A stretch of 64,000 nt of DNA from a bacterium (GCA_016706845.1 JADJIV010000022.1:412-64411); one strand, 5' to 3'; numbered from the stretch's first letter, positions 35,552 to 45,138 are shown. The notes: a model not told the origin generated them from the letters alone. Program-made: numbers and translations.

Positions 35552-37020
35552 GGCAGGACCACCCCCAGTTCCTGCGAGAGCAGGGCTCGCACGACCGCCA
35601 GCCCGCTGGCCGGCACGCAGTAGTCCATCTGCACCGTCACGGTCACCGTGTTGGCGAAGGTCCCGGACGACGTGGGCGGGTTGCGCACCGCCACGAAGGG
35701 ACGGCTGGAGGGGCGGCCATTGATGTACCGGTGGTACTCCATCCGGTAGAGGTACTTCGTCGTGCTGGAGTCCGCGCCGGCCATGCCGACCCCGGCGGAG
35801 ATGTTGCCGGTGAAGAACATCTCCGGCAGTCCAGCCTTCAGCGGCATGCCCTTCTTGGTGGACGGGATGTAGAAGGTGGGCTGGTCCGGGGTGGCCCGGA
35901 AGCCCAGCGTGTTGGTGACGAAGCTGGGCGGCGGCGCGCCCGTCACGCCGATCAGGGCCGGCGAGACCAGCAGCAGCTTGCCCGGCTCGTAACCGGCGGG
36001 GGGCTGTACGTACTGGGCCACCAGCTCCGCCACGGCGGCCAGGCGCGGCGAGGCGCTGGCGCCGGTGTACCAGAACACCGCCGGGAACTGGCGCAGGGTC
36101 TCGAGCAGGACCCACGTCCGGTCGGGCAGCCCGTCGGAGATCTCGTAGAGGGACCAGCCGCCCGGCCCGTAGATCGAGTCCATGACCGCGTGGTAGAACG
36201 CGCGGTCGAAGTTGCCGACGCTGTCGTCCACCAGCAGCACGTCGCTGAGCACGGGCCGGGCCTCCCAGGTCCACGCGAAGCGCGTCGTGGCGTCGGCCTC
36301 GTCGCTGACCCGGATGGTCAGCGTGCGTTCGCCCGGCGGGATCTGGCCGTGCAGGTCGATCTCGAACGTGCCGAGGGCGGGGTCGTTGAGGCGCTTGATC
36401 ACCGGGCGCAGGGCGGGGTCCGCGCCGGGCTCGCCCTCCGGCAGGGGCGCCAGCAGGGTGTCCGCCGTGTCCAGGTGGTAGACGACCGAGTCGTCCATCG
36501 TCACGTTGCCGTCGAGGTCCAGGGCGAAGAGGCGGAAGTCGGCCGAGCTGTAGCTCCAGAAGAACGTGTCGTAATCGCTGACGAAGTTGATCACCGGCGG
36601 GAAGTTCCGCAGCGGGATGTACTGGCTGACCGTGTCGCTGGAGGCGCCGCGGTCGTCGCGGCAGGCCACGTGGATCATGGCCTGCGCCCGGCCGGTGTCG
36701 TCGGTCTCGAAGGTCATGGTCGTGTCGGTGGCGGTGGTCGTGATCCAGGGGGCGACGATGCCCTCCTCGGTCTCGATCGACACGTAGTACGCCTCGACGA
36801 AGCCGTCCTCGTCGGTGCCCGACCAGTGGAAGGTGCGGCTGAAGTAGCTCGTGGGGTTCAGCACGCCCCCCTCGGGCGGGGTCACGAAGATGCGCGCGAC
36901 CGGGCGCCGGTTGGGCAGCGAGTCGGGATCGAAGGCCTCGTTGCCGCAGCCGGCCGCCAGCGCGCAGAACAGCGCGGCGAGGGACAGGGCCAGCGTCACG
37001 GCGAGCGGCGGCGACCTCAT
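35548..37020 (-). CDS. Hypothetical lipoprotein (490 aa), no family recognised
   Basis: MRSPPLAVTLALSLAALFCALAAGCGNE lipobox. Contains FHWSGTDEDGFVEAYYVSIE-type Ig-like segments. Its start overlaps the upstream stop (ATGA 37017-37020) and its stop overlaps the TBDR-like GTG (GTGA 35548-35551). Confidence 0.6.
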   Translation of the reverse strand: MRSPPLAVTLALSLAALFCALAAGCGNEAFDPDSLPNRRPVARIFVTPPEGGVLNPTSYFSRTFHWSGTDEDGFVEAYYVSIETEEGIVAPWITTTATDTTMTFETDDTGRAQAMIHVACRDDRGASSDTVSQYIPLRNFPPVINFVSDYDTFFWSYSSADFRLFALDLDGNVTMDDSVVYHLDTADTLLAPLPEGEPGADPALRPVIKRLNDPALGTFEIDLHGQIPPGERTLTIRVSDEADATTRFAWTWEARPVLSDVLLVDDSVGNFDRAFYHAVMDSIYGPGGWSLYEISDGLPDRTWVLLETLRQFPAVFWYTGASASPRLAAVAELVAQYVQPPAGYEPGKLLLVSPALIGVTGAPPPSFVTNTLGFRATPDQPTFYIPSTKKGMPLKAGLPEMFFTGNISAGVGMAGADSSTTKYLYRMEYHRYINGRPSSRPFVAVRNPPTSSGTFANTVTVTVQMDYCVPASGLAVVRALLSQELGVVLP

Positions 37021-38969
37021 TTGATGATCACCAGCTTTCCGCGTTCCACCCTGCCGGTGGCCAGATCCTCCACGGCGAAGATGTAGAGGCCCGAGGCGAT
37101 GGCGCGCACCGGTTCGCTCAGGATGTCCCAGGGTTCGAGGCCCGAGGCCGGATCGTCGTGGTGCAGGGTCTTGACCAGGTCGCCGTTCAGGGTGAAGACC
37201 TTGATGACGCAGCGCGCCGGCAGGCCGGTGAACCAGAGCTTGCGGCCCAGCTCCAGCTCGCCCTGCTGGTCGTCGAAGCGCGAGGCGACCCGGTAGGGGT
37301 TCGGGAAGACGCCCGGGCCCCGGCCCTCGCCCAGCGGCCGCGGCGCCGGGCCCGGGTAGACCAGCTCGGCGTTCTCGTAGTAGCCGCTCTGGAATTCCGG
37401 CAGGCTGGAGACCACGTCGGGGGCGGAGAAGGACACCACGGAATACCAGTAGCCGAAGCCGTCGAGCAGCGAGGTGTCGCGGAAGCGCCGCAGGCCGTCG
37501 GTGCCCAGCGGCGGCAGCCCGGTGTCGAAGCCGATGCCGTCGATCTTGTCGAACTGGGCCACCATGGTCGACTGCTCGTAGGGGTCGCCGCCGAAGGACT
37601 CGCCCTGGAAGCGGAAGATGCGGTAACCCTGGAAATCGGGCCGCAGGGTGATGATGCTGACGTGGTGCTCGGGGAGCGGCGCGGGTCGTCCGGCAGCAGG
37701 GGCACGGGCTCGCCCTGGTCGTCCAGGGCGACGGAGTCGCCGGGAGCCCAGGCCAGCACGACCGTGTTGTCCTCGTACTCCAGCGACAGCCGCGGCGAGG
37801 GCGGGCCGGTCGGGATCGCGAAGCCCGAGTCGTAGGCCACCTGCGCCACCTTGGCGTTGGCCAGCAGGTTCAGGGAGTCGGCGCCGCAGACCACGGCGTA
37901 GGTCACCTGCAGGGTGTCGCCGGGCGCGAGGTTGGGGAACGGGCCGGTGGCGAGCAGGCCGTTCCAGTTGCCCGCATAGGCGAAGTCGCCGCCGGCGTCG
38001 AAGTCGCCGTTGGAGAGCATCTGGTACTTGCCGGGCAGCGGCTGGCCGTCGACCTCGTAGGCGTCGTCCTGGGCAGGCACGGAGCGGAAGCGCCAGCTGT
38101 TGTAGGTGACCGGCGGCAGGCCCGGGGCCGGCGACGGGGCCGGGTCGGAACCCAGCAGGCGCGCCCCGATCCAGGAGGTGGCCATCTCGTCCTCGCCGTC
38201 GTCGTCGTGCTCGTACATCATCCAGAGGTCCGGGGTCGTCGGCGACGTCGCCCGGGCGCAAGGCGCCGTTGACGTCGTCGTAGAACTGCCAGGTGCGCGG
38301 CGCGCCGCTGCCGTAGCCGGAGGGCACGGTGATGGTCGTGTTGCCGACGGTGGTGTCGTTCCAGTAGCCGACGTACACGTCGCGCAGCTCGCTGCCCGAA
38401 TCGTTGATGATGCGGTAGTCGAGGATGACGAAGTCGTCGGCGTACGAGCTGCTCCAGGACAGCGCCCGCAGGATCACGTTGACGAACAGCGGCGTGTGGT
38501 TGCCGGTCTCGTCGTACTTGTCGTCGGTGAAGTAGCACTCGATGTGCTCGGTGGCCAGGGCGGCGGGGTTGTAGTCGTCGCTGTTCTGGGTGTTGGACCA
38601 GATCTGCACGTCTTCGGTCAGGGAATCGGTGAACTCGCGGATGTCCTCGCCGTCGGTCAGGCTCGAGGCGTCCTGCGCCCCGGTCGAGACGCGCCGCAGC
38701 CCCTCCGGGGTCATGGCGCCGACCCAGAGGCCGCCGATGAACAGGTGCTCGACGTGGCTGTTGCTGGGGTACTCGCACGAGGGCTGGTAGGGGCTGGAGA
38801 GCCCGTTGCCGACGTAGCCGAGGTTCGTGATCGTCAGGCGGACCAGGCCGGCGCCGGTCACCAGTTCCGTGCGCGGCACGGCGCGGGCCGGCGGCGCCGA
38901 GCCGAGACACAGGGCGCCGCCGAGGGCGACGGCCAAGGCGGTGCGGGTGATGCAGCCGGGGCGGAGCAA
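37017..38969 (-). pseudogene. Secreted protein of unknown function with a T9SS/FlgD-type C-terminal domain. Two compensating frameshifts as assembled.
   Basis: TTG 38969 after a GGAGG SD. MLRPGCITRTALAVALGGALCLGSAPPARA signal. LTITNLGYVGNG...EYPSNSHVEHLFIGGLWVGA. The sensible sequence leaves this frame at about 38229-38236, continues in the frame of ORF 37187..38221 (DLWMMYEHDDDGEDEMATSWIGARLLG...YAVVCGADSLNLL...), and returns at about 37682-37690 (PLPEHHVSIITLRPDFQGYRIFRF...). C-terminus: KVFTLNGDLVKTLHH...ASGLYIFAVEDLATGRVERGKLVIIK. Confidence 0.65.
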
Positions 38970-39126
38970 AGGGGGGGCCTCCGGGAGAAGGGGTGCGGTC
39001 CCCGTGCAGGGGATGCGATCCCCGGGGCGGCGGCCGTCGGGCCCGGCCGGTGCACGGTGGATCCGTGACGGACGAAACTAGCCCCCGGAGGCCATTCGTG
39101 TCAATGATTTGCGGGTTTTTCGCACT

Positions 39127-39156
39127 TTGACGCCGCGCCCGGGCCGGCTCTATACT
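39127..39156 (+). promoter_or_regulatory. Putative sigma-70 promoter (TTGACG-18 nt-TATACT) for the SGNH hydrolase gene
   Basis: cactTTGACGccgcgcccgggccggctcTATACTgcc, 35 nt upstream of GTG 39191, which is preceded by AAGGA. Confidence 0.4.
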
Positions 39157-39190
39157 GCCACCGCGACCCGGAACCCCACGAAGGACGGCC

Positions 39191-40437
39191 GTGAGAAGAC
39201 GCCTGCGCCCCCTCGCCCTCGCCTGCGCCGCCCTGCTCGCCACCCTGGTGGCCTGCGAGCTGGCGGTGCGCTACCTGCAGGACACGATCCCTCCCCCCGA
39301 CGGCACGCCCTACCGCAACGACCCCGACTGCGGCTACGTCCTGAATCCCGGCGATCCGGACCTCTTCCCGCCGGACGACGACCGCCACGTCAACGCCCTG
39401 GGCTTCCGCGACCGCGAGCGCGCCGTCCCGAAGCCGCCCGGGCTGTGGCGGCTGGTCGGCATCGGGGATTCGTTCGTCTACGGGGACGTGCCGATCGCCT
39501 GCAATTTCCTGCGGGTTTTAGACGACTCGCTGCGGGCGCTGCCCGCCGCCGAGGCCATGATCGCCGGCCTGCCCGGCTGGGACGTGCGCAACGCCGTGGG
39601 CCTGATGCGGGGCAAGGGGGCGGACTGGCGCCCCGACGTGGCCCTGCTCTGCTTCTCGATCGACAGCGACGTGACGGGCATCCCCATCCCCGGCGCCGTC
39701 TTCCAGGGCAACCTGCACTTCACGGGCTCGCGGGAGCCGCTGCTGAACCTGCTGCGCAAGAGCCGCCTGTTCGTGCTCGCCGAGCAGCTCTACGGCGTCC
39801 GCACGGTCAACGCCCTGCGCCGCTGGCGGGCCGCGGCCCGCTTCGGCGGCGCGGCGGCCGCCCCCCGCACGCCTCGCCGGCCGCCCGACGTCCCGGTCGC
39901 CGCCGCGGACGCGCCCGAGGGCGCGGTCCATCCCGGCGCGCCGGTTTTCCCGGGATGTGGGGCGACCCGGCGGACCCCGCGCGGCGCCTTCCCCTGAAAC
40001 CGGAGTTCCTGCGCCGGCGGGTGGAGAACCTGCCCCTCTACCAGGCGCAGACGCCGCCCGAGGTGGACCGCTGGTGGGAGCAGGCCGAACGGCAGGTGCT
40101 GGAATTCGACGCCGCCTGCCGTGGGTCCGGCGCGCGCTGCGTGCTGCTGATCGCCCCCTCGGAGATCCAGGTCGACCCGGTCGTGCAGGAGTTGACCCTG
40201 AAGCGGGCGCCCCTGCCGGCGGAGGCCTACGACTTCGCGGCGCCGTCGCGCCGGCTGCGCGCCTTCGCCGAGGCCCGCGGCATCGCCTGCATCGAACCTC
40301 TCGACGCCCTGCGCGCGGCGCAGCAGAGCAGCGGCCTGCGGCAGTACATCCCCAACAACGGCCACTGGAGCGTGCCCGGCAACGCGGTCGTCGCCCGCGA
40401 GGTCGCGGCGTCGCTGGCGCCGCTAGGCGGATCCTGA
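39191..40437 (+). pseudogene. SGNH/GDSL-family hydrolase (membrane-anchored), one frameshift as assembled
   Basis: ORF 39191..39997: MRRRLRPLALACAALLATLVAC...WRLVGIGDSFVYGD (GDS block I). The C-terminal part lies in the frame of ORF 39109..40437: ...ARCVLLIAPSEIQVD...QYIPNNGHWSVPGNAVVA (block V-like). The frames must switch somewhere in the low-complexity stretch at about 39800-39960. Confidence 0.6.
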
Positions 40438-41717
40438 GGTCCTTCCCGCGGAATCCCCCGCCAGCCGCGGCAGCCACGGCAGCAGAGCCAAGCCCGGCAA
40501 CCCACACACCAGCACCAGCAGGAAGAAGGCGCGGTAGCCCACCGCCGTCTGGATCGCCCCGCTGGCCATGCCCGGCAGCATCATGCCCAGCGCCATCAGG
40601 CCCGTCGCGATCGCGAAGTGGGAGGTGCGGTGCTCGCCGCGCGAGACGCGCATCAGCACGACCATGAACGCGGTGGTGCCCAGGCCGTAGCCCAGCTGCT
40701 CCAGGGCGACCAGCGGGTAGGCCACCGCCGGGCCGGGCTGCGCCCAGGCCAGGTAGAGGTACGCGACGTGCGGCACGTTGAGCGCCAGCGCCAGCGGCCA
40801 CAGCAGGCGGCGCAGCCCGTAGCGCCCGATGAGCCAGCCCCCGACCACGCCGCCCACGACCAGGCAGCCCAGGCCGATGGTCCCGTAGGCGAACCCGACC
40901 TGCTCCGTCGTCAGACCCAGGCCGCCCTTTTCCCTGCCGTCCAGCAGGAAGGGCGCGGCCAGCTTCAGCAGCAGGGCCTCGCCCAGGCGGTACAGCAGGA
41001 TGAAGGCGACGATCACGCCCGCCCGGGGCTGGCGCAGCCACGCCTCCGCGATCTGCAGCCAGCCCGCGGCGGCGGCCGGCCGGCCGGTCCCGGCGACGGC
41101 CGCGCCCGCCGGCCGGTCGCTGGGGGCCGCGGCAGCGCGGCGCGGTGGTAGAGCCACATCACCCCGTAGAAGGCCGCCGCGCCGGCGAACACGGTCGACC
41201 AGGCGCCCGCGGCGCCGCGCGGCCCGCCCTCGAGCCGCCCGGCCACGCTCACCAGCAGCCCCGAGCCGAAGATCATCGCCCCGCGGTAGAACAGCGTGCG
41301 CACGCCAACGAAGTACGCCTGCGCGCGCTCGTCCAGCGCGTGGAGGTAGAACCCGTCGGCCGCGATGTCGTGGGTGGCCGAGACCAGCGCCGCCAGCGTG
41401 AAGGCGGCCAGCGACCAGGCGAAGTAGCCCGGCGCGACGATCGCCGCCGCCACGGCCGCGAGGCACGCCGCCTGGGCGGCCTGCGTGCCGAGGATCCAGG
41501 CGCGCTTGGTCGCGCGCGTGTCCACCAGCGGTCCCCAGAGCATCTTCAGGACCCAGGGCAGGTAGAGCAGGCTGGTCCACAGCGCGATGCTGGCGTTGTC
41601 CACGCCCAGCTTCTTGTAGAGGATCACCGAGACCGTGTTGACCAGGATGTAGGGCACGCCCTCGGCGAAGTAGAGCGAGGGCACGAAGATCCAGGGCGAG
41701 CGCTGCGTTCCCGGCAC
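40423..41717 (-). pseudogene. ampG: AmpG-family muropeptide MFS permease, one frameshift as assembled
   Basis: GTG 41717 after GGGAGG. MPGTQRSPWIFVPSLYFAEGVPYILVN...LLYLPWVLKMLWGPLVD...GVMWLYHRAAL. After about 41135-41145 it continues in the frame of ORF 40423..42030: AAAPSDRP...WLRQPRAGVIVAFILLYRLGEALL...FAIATGLMALGMMLPG. Confidence 0.75.
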
Positions 41718-41896
41718 GATGCCTCCCGGGCGGTGGACGGTGCGGGCCGATCTGCTGAGCGCTCAGGGCGGGCGACTTGGCGGGAACTGGCAACCGCGAT
41801 CTGCGCCACTCCCCGCTTGCCAAACCCGGCCGCCCCGTTTCCAATGGGCCCACGACGCGCGGGCCGTTCCGTCCGCCGGCGATCCGGAGGTGAGGC

Positions 41897-43435
41897 ATGC
41901 ACGAAGGCAAGGCGCCGGCCGCGGCGGCGGACGCGCCCGGGTTCAAGCGGGGCATCCGCCTCTTCGACGCGGTGATGATCGTCGTGGGGGTGATGATCGG
42001 CTCGGGCATCTTCATCGTCAGCGCCGACATCGCCCGCAGCGTGGGCGCGACGGGCTGGCTGCTGGCGGTCTGGCTGTTCAGCGGCCTGGTGACGCTGCTG
42101 GGCGCGGCCTGCTACGGCGAGCTGGCGGCGCTGATGCCGCAGGCCGGCGGGCAGTACGTCTACCTGCGCGAGTCCTTCGGCCGGCTGACCGGCTTCCTCT
42201 ACGGCTGGACGCTGTTCATGGTGATCCAGACCGGCTCGATCGCGGCCGTCGGCATGGCCTTCGCCAAGCACCTCGCGCTGCTGGTCCCGTCGCTGGGCGA
42301 GCAGCAGGTGGTGCTGTCGGTCGGCGTGGTGGACGTCAGCGCGGCGCAGCTGGTCGCCATCGCCAGCATCGCGCTCTTGACCTGGCTCAACACGCTCGGC
42401 CTGCGCGAGGGCAAGCTCGTCCAGGACAGCTTCACCGTGGCCAAGGTGGCCGCCCTGCTGGTGCTGGTGGTCTGCGGCCTCGCGCTGGCGCGGCACTCCG
42501 GGGCGATCGCCGCGAACTTCCACGACATGTGGTCGGCGAACCGGGTCGTGGTGGGCGCCGACGGGTCGGTCACGCGCGAGGCGCTGACCGGGATCGGCCT
42601 GCTCATGGCCCTGGGCGCGGCGTCGGTCGGCTCGCTCTTCGCCTGCGACGCCTGGAACAACGTCACCTTCACCAGCGGCGAGACCGTGAACCCGCAGCGC
42701 ACCATCACCCGCGCCCTGGTCATGGGCGTCGCCGTGGTGGTCGTCATCTACATGCTGACCAACCTGGTGTACGTGCTGGCCCTGCCGGTGGCCGGCCTGC
42801 CCGACGCCGCCGACGTCGCCGGCCGCGGCCTGCAGTTCGCGACCGCCGACCGCGTCGGCACCGCGGCCGCGTCGACGATCCTCGGCCCGGTCGCCGCCGC
42901 GATCATGGCGGTGCTGGTGATGATCAGCACCTTCGGCTGCAACAACGGCATGATCCTCACCGGCGCCCGCGTCTACTACGCGATGGCGCACGACGGCCTC
43001 TTCTTCCGCCGCACCGGCACGCTCAACCGCCGCCGCGTGCCCGCCGCCGCGCTGGTCATGCAGGGCGTCTGGGCCTGCCTGCTCTGCCTGACGGGCCGCT
43101 ACGGCGACCTGCTCGACTACGTCATCTTCGCGGTGCTGATCTTCTACGCGCTGTCGGTGGTGGGGATCTTCGTGATGAGGCGCAGGCGTCCGACGGCCGA
43201 GCGGAGCTGGCGCGCGCCGGGCTACCCGGTGCTGCCGGCCCTGTACGTGCTGGCCGCGGTGGCGATCTGCGTGGACCTGCTGATCGTCAAGCCCCGCTAC
43301 TCGTGGCCGGGGCTGCTGATCGTGGGGCTGGGCGTGCCGGTGTTCTGGCTCTGGGGCCGCTCCTCGCCGCCGCGGGGTCGGCGTCCGACCCGTCCGACGA
43401 CCAGGGCATCTGACCGTCCTGGTAGAGGACCGTGA
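41897..43435 (+). CDS. APC-superfamily amino acid permease
   Basis: 512-aa ORF. GIRLFDAVMIVVGVMIGSGIFIVSADIA...ACYGELAALMPQAGGQYVYLRESFG...YGWTLF, with about 12 hydrophobic segments. GGAGGTGAGG SD. The last ~50 codons overlap the motB ORF on the other strand. Confidence 0.82.
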   Translation: MHEGKAPAAAADAPGFKRGIRLFDAVMIVVGVMIGSGIFIVSADIARSVGATGWLLAVWLFSGLVTLLGAACYGELAALMPQAGGQYVYLRESFGRLTGFLYGWTLFMVIQTGSIAAVGMAFAKHLALLVPSLGEQQVVLSVGVVDVSAAQLVAIASIALLTWLNTLGLREGKLVQDSFTVAKVAALLVLVVCGLALARHSGAIAANFHDMWSANRVVVGADGSVTREALTGIGLLMALGAASVGSLFACDAWNNVTFTSGETVNPQRTITRALVMGVAVVVVIYMLTNLVYVLALPVAGLPDAADVAGRGLQFATADRVGTAAASTILGPVAAAIMAVLVMISTFGCNNGMILTGARVYYAMAHDGLFFRRTGTLNRRRVPAAALVMQGVWACLLCLTGRYGDLLDYVIFAVLIFYALSVVGIFVMRRRRPTAERSWRAPGYPVLPALYVLAAVAICVDLLIVKPRYSWPGLLIVGLGVPVFWLWGRSSPPRGRRPTRPTTRASDRPGRGP

Positions 43436-44192
43436 TGCTGATGCGGCGGTTGCCGACGTCGGCCGGGTTCTCGGGGTGGCGCAGGCGCGTGTCGGCGTAG
43501 CCGCTGACCTCGGCCACCTGCTCGCCGGGCAGGCCGTGGTTGATCATGTAGCGGCGGGCGCAGTTGGCGCGCTCGGTCGACAGCTCCCAGTTGCTGTAGC
43601 CGGCGCCGGCGGGATAGGGGCGGCTGTCGGTGTGCCCCTCGATCACCAGCTTGTTGGGCAGCTTGCTGAGCTGCCGCGCCAGGACCTGGAGCACCTCCTC
43701 GGCGGCCGCGCTGAGGTTGGCGCTGCCCACGTCGAAGAACAGCGAGTTCGACATCTCGACCATCTGGATGTTGAGCCCGGAATCGGTCATCTTGATCTCG
43801 ACCTGCTTCATGATCTGCTCGAAGTGCTCCATGCCGGACAGCTGCTCGCGCAGCTCGGTGGCCGCCTCCTCCAGCAGGCGCTTCGCCTCCGCCTGCATCC
43901 CCTCCATGATCCCCTGGCCGGTCTCGGGCAGGATCGACTGGCCGCCGAGCGGGCCGCCGGCGCCCGAGGCCCGGAACGCGCCGGGGTCGCGGAAGTAGCC
44001 CGCCACCGCTTCCTTCACCGCCTGGTCCTGGTTGACGATCCACAGCACGATGAACAGCGACATCATCGAGGTGACGAAGTCGGCGTAGGCCACCTTCCAG
44101 GCGCCGCCGTGGTGCCCGTGGCCGACGACCTTCTTGACGATGATGATGGGCTGCAGCGGCTGGTCGCCGCTCTTGCCCTTCTGCTCGGCCAT
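43287..44192 (-). CDS. motB: Flagellar motor stator protein MotB (OmpA-like C-terminal domain). The 3' end is uncertain.
   Basis: 301-aa ORF. GGAWKVAYADFVTSMMSLFIVLW (plug/TM with the conserved Asp). LVIEGHTDSRPY...YSNWELSTERAN...NRRISITV. The ~45 aa after ...ITVLYQ are low-complexity and antisense to the permease. Confidence 0.85.
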   Translation of the reverse strand: MAEQKGKSGDQPLQPIIIVKKVVGHGHHGGAWKVAYADFVTSMMSLFIVLWIVNQDQAVKEAVAGYFRDPGAFRASGAGGPLGGQSILPETGQGIMEGMQAEAKRLLEEAATELREQLSGMEHFEQIMKQVEIKMTDSGLNIQMVEMSNSLFFDVGSANLSAAAEEVLQVLARQLSKLPNKLVIEGHTDSRPYPAGAGYSNWELSTERANCARRYMINHGLPGEQVAEVSGYADTRLRHPENPADVGNRRISITVLYQDGQMPWSSDGSDADPAAARSGPRARTPARPAPRSAAPATSSGA

Positions 44193-44207
44193 GCCCTGGA
44201 TCCCTTC

Positions 44208-45065
44208 CTAGCCGCGGGACGCGCGGCACGCCTCTTCGAGTTCGCTGAACGAGGGGCGGACGTCGGTCTCGATGGTGCGCCGCGCGAACTCCACCGCGAC
44301 CGACGCGGGCAGCATCTTCCAGAAGGCGACCAGCGCCGTCTTCATCACGAAGTAGTAGCGCGACTCGTTCTGGGCCAGCAGCTCCATGTTGGTGGCGATC
44401 GGCTGGAACACGCCGTAGGAGAGCAGGATGCCCAGGAACGTGCCGGTGAGGGCCGCGGCCACCTTGTGGCCGATCTCCGCCGCGGGGCCGTCGATGTGCG
44501 CCATCGTGATCACGATGCCCAGCACGGCCGCCACGATGCCCAGGCCGGGCAGCGCATCGCTGACCTTGGTCAGCACGCCGATCGGCTGGTGCTCCTCGGC
44601 GTGGCGCGTCTCGATGTCCGCGTCCATGAGCGCCTCGAGGTCGTGCGCGGGCAGGTTCGAGGAGATGATCAGCCGGATCGTGTCGCAGAGGAAGGCCATC
44701 GCGTGGTGGTCGGCCACGAACGCCGGGTACTTCGAGAAGATCTCGCTCTTGGCGGGGTCCTCCACGTGGGACTCGAGGCCCAGCAGGCCGTCCTTGCGCG
44801 TCACCTGGAACAGGTCGTAGAGCATCGTGAGCAGTTCGGTGTACTTCTTCTTGGAACTGCGGTCGCCCTTGAGCATGGTGCCGAACGCGGCGCCGAGGCG
44901 CTTCATGACGCGCGGGGTCGACATCGCGACCAGGGTGCCCAGCGAGCAGCCCAGGATGATCACGTACTCGGCGAGGATGAACAGGGCGGCGGGGTTGCCG
45001 CCTTCCATGATGAAGCCGCCGACGACGCAACCGAGGGCGAACAGGATGCCGATCAGGGTAATCAT
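44208..45065 (-). CDS. motA: Flagellar motor stator protein MotA
   Basis: ATG 45065 within ORF 44208..45263. MITLIGILFALGCVVGGFIMEGGNPAALF...DALPGLGIVAAVLGIVITM...ALTGTFLGILLSYG. GAGGAA SD. 15 nt upstream of motB. Confidence 0.88.
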   Translation of the reverse strand: MITLIGILFALGCVVGGFIMEGGNPAALFILAEYVIILGCSLGTLVAMSTPRVMKRLGAAFGTMLKGDRSSKKKYTELLTMLYDLFQVTRKDGLLGLESHVEDPAKSEIFSKYPAFVADHHAMAFLCDTIRLIISSNLPAHDLEALMDADIETRHAEEHQPIGVLTKVSDALPGLGIVAAVLGIVITMAHIDGPAAEIGHKVAAALTGTFLGILLSYGVFQPIATNMELLAQNESRYYFVMKTALVAFWKMLPASVAVEFARRTIETDVRPSFSELEEACRASRG

Positions 45066-45138
45066 GAACCGTTCCTCTGGGAGGTGGACTCCGGCCGGGC
45101 CGTTCCGGCTCTGCCGCCGTTCGTGGCGGTCGTGAGTG

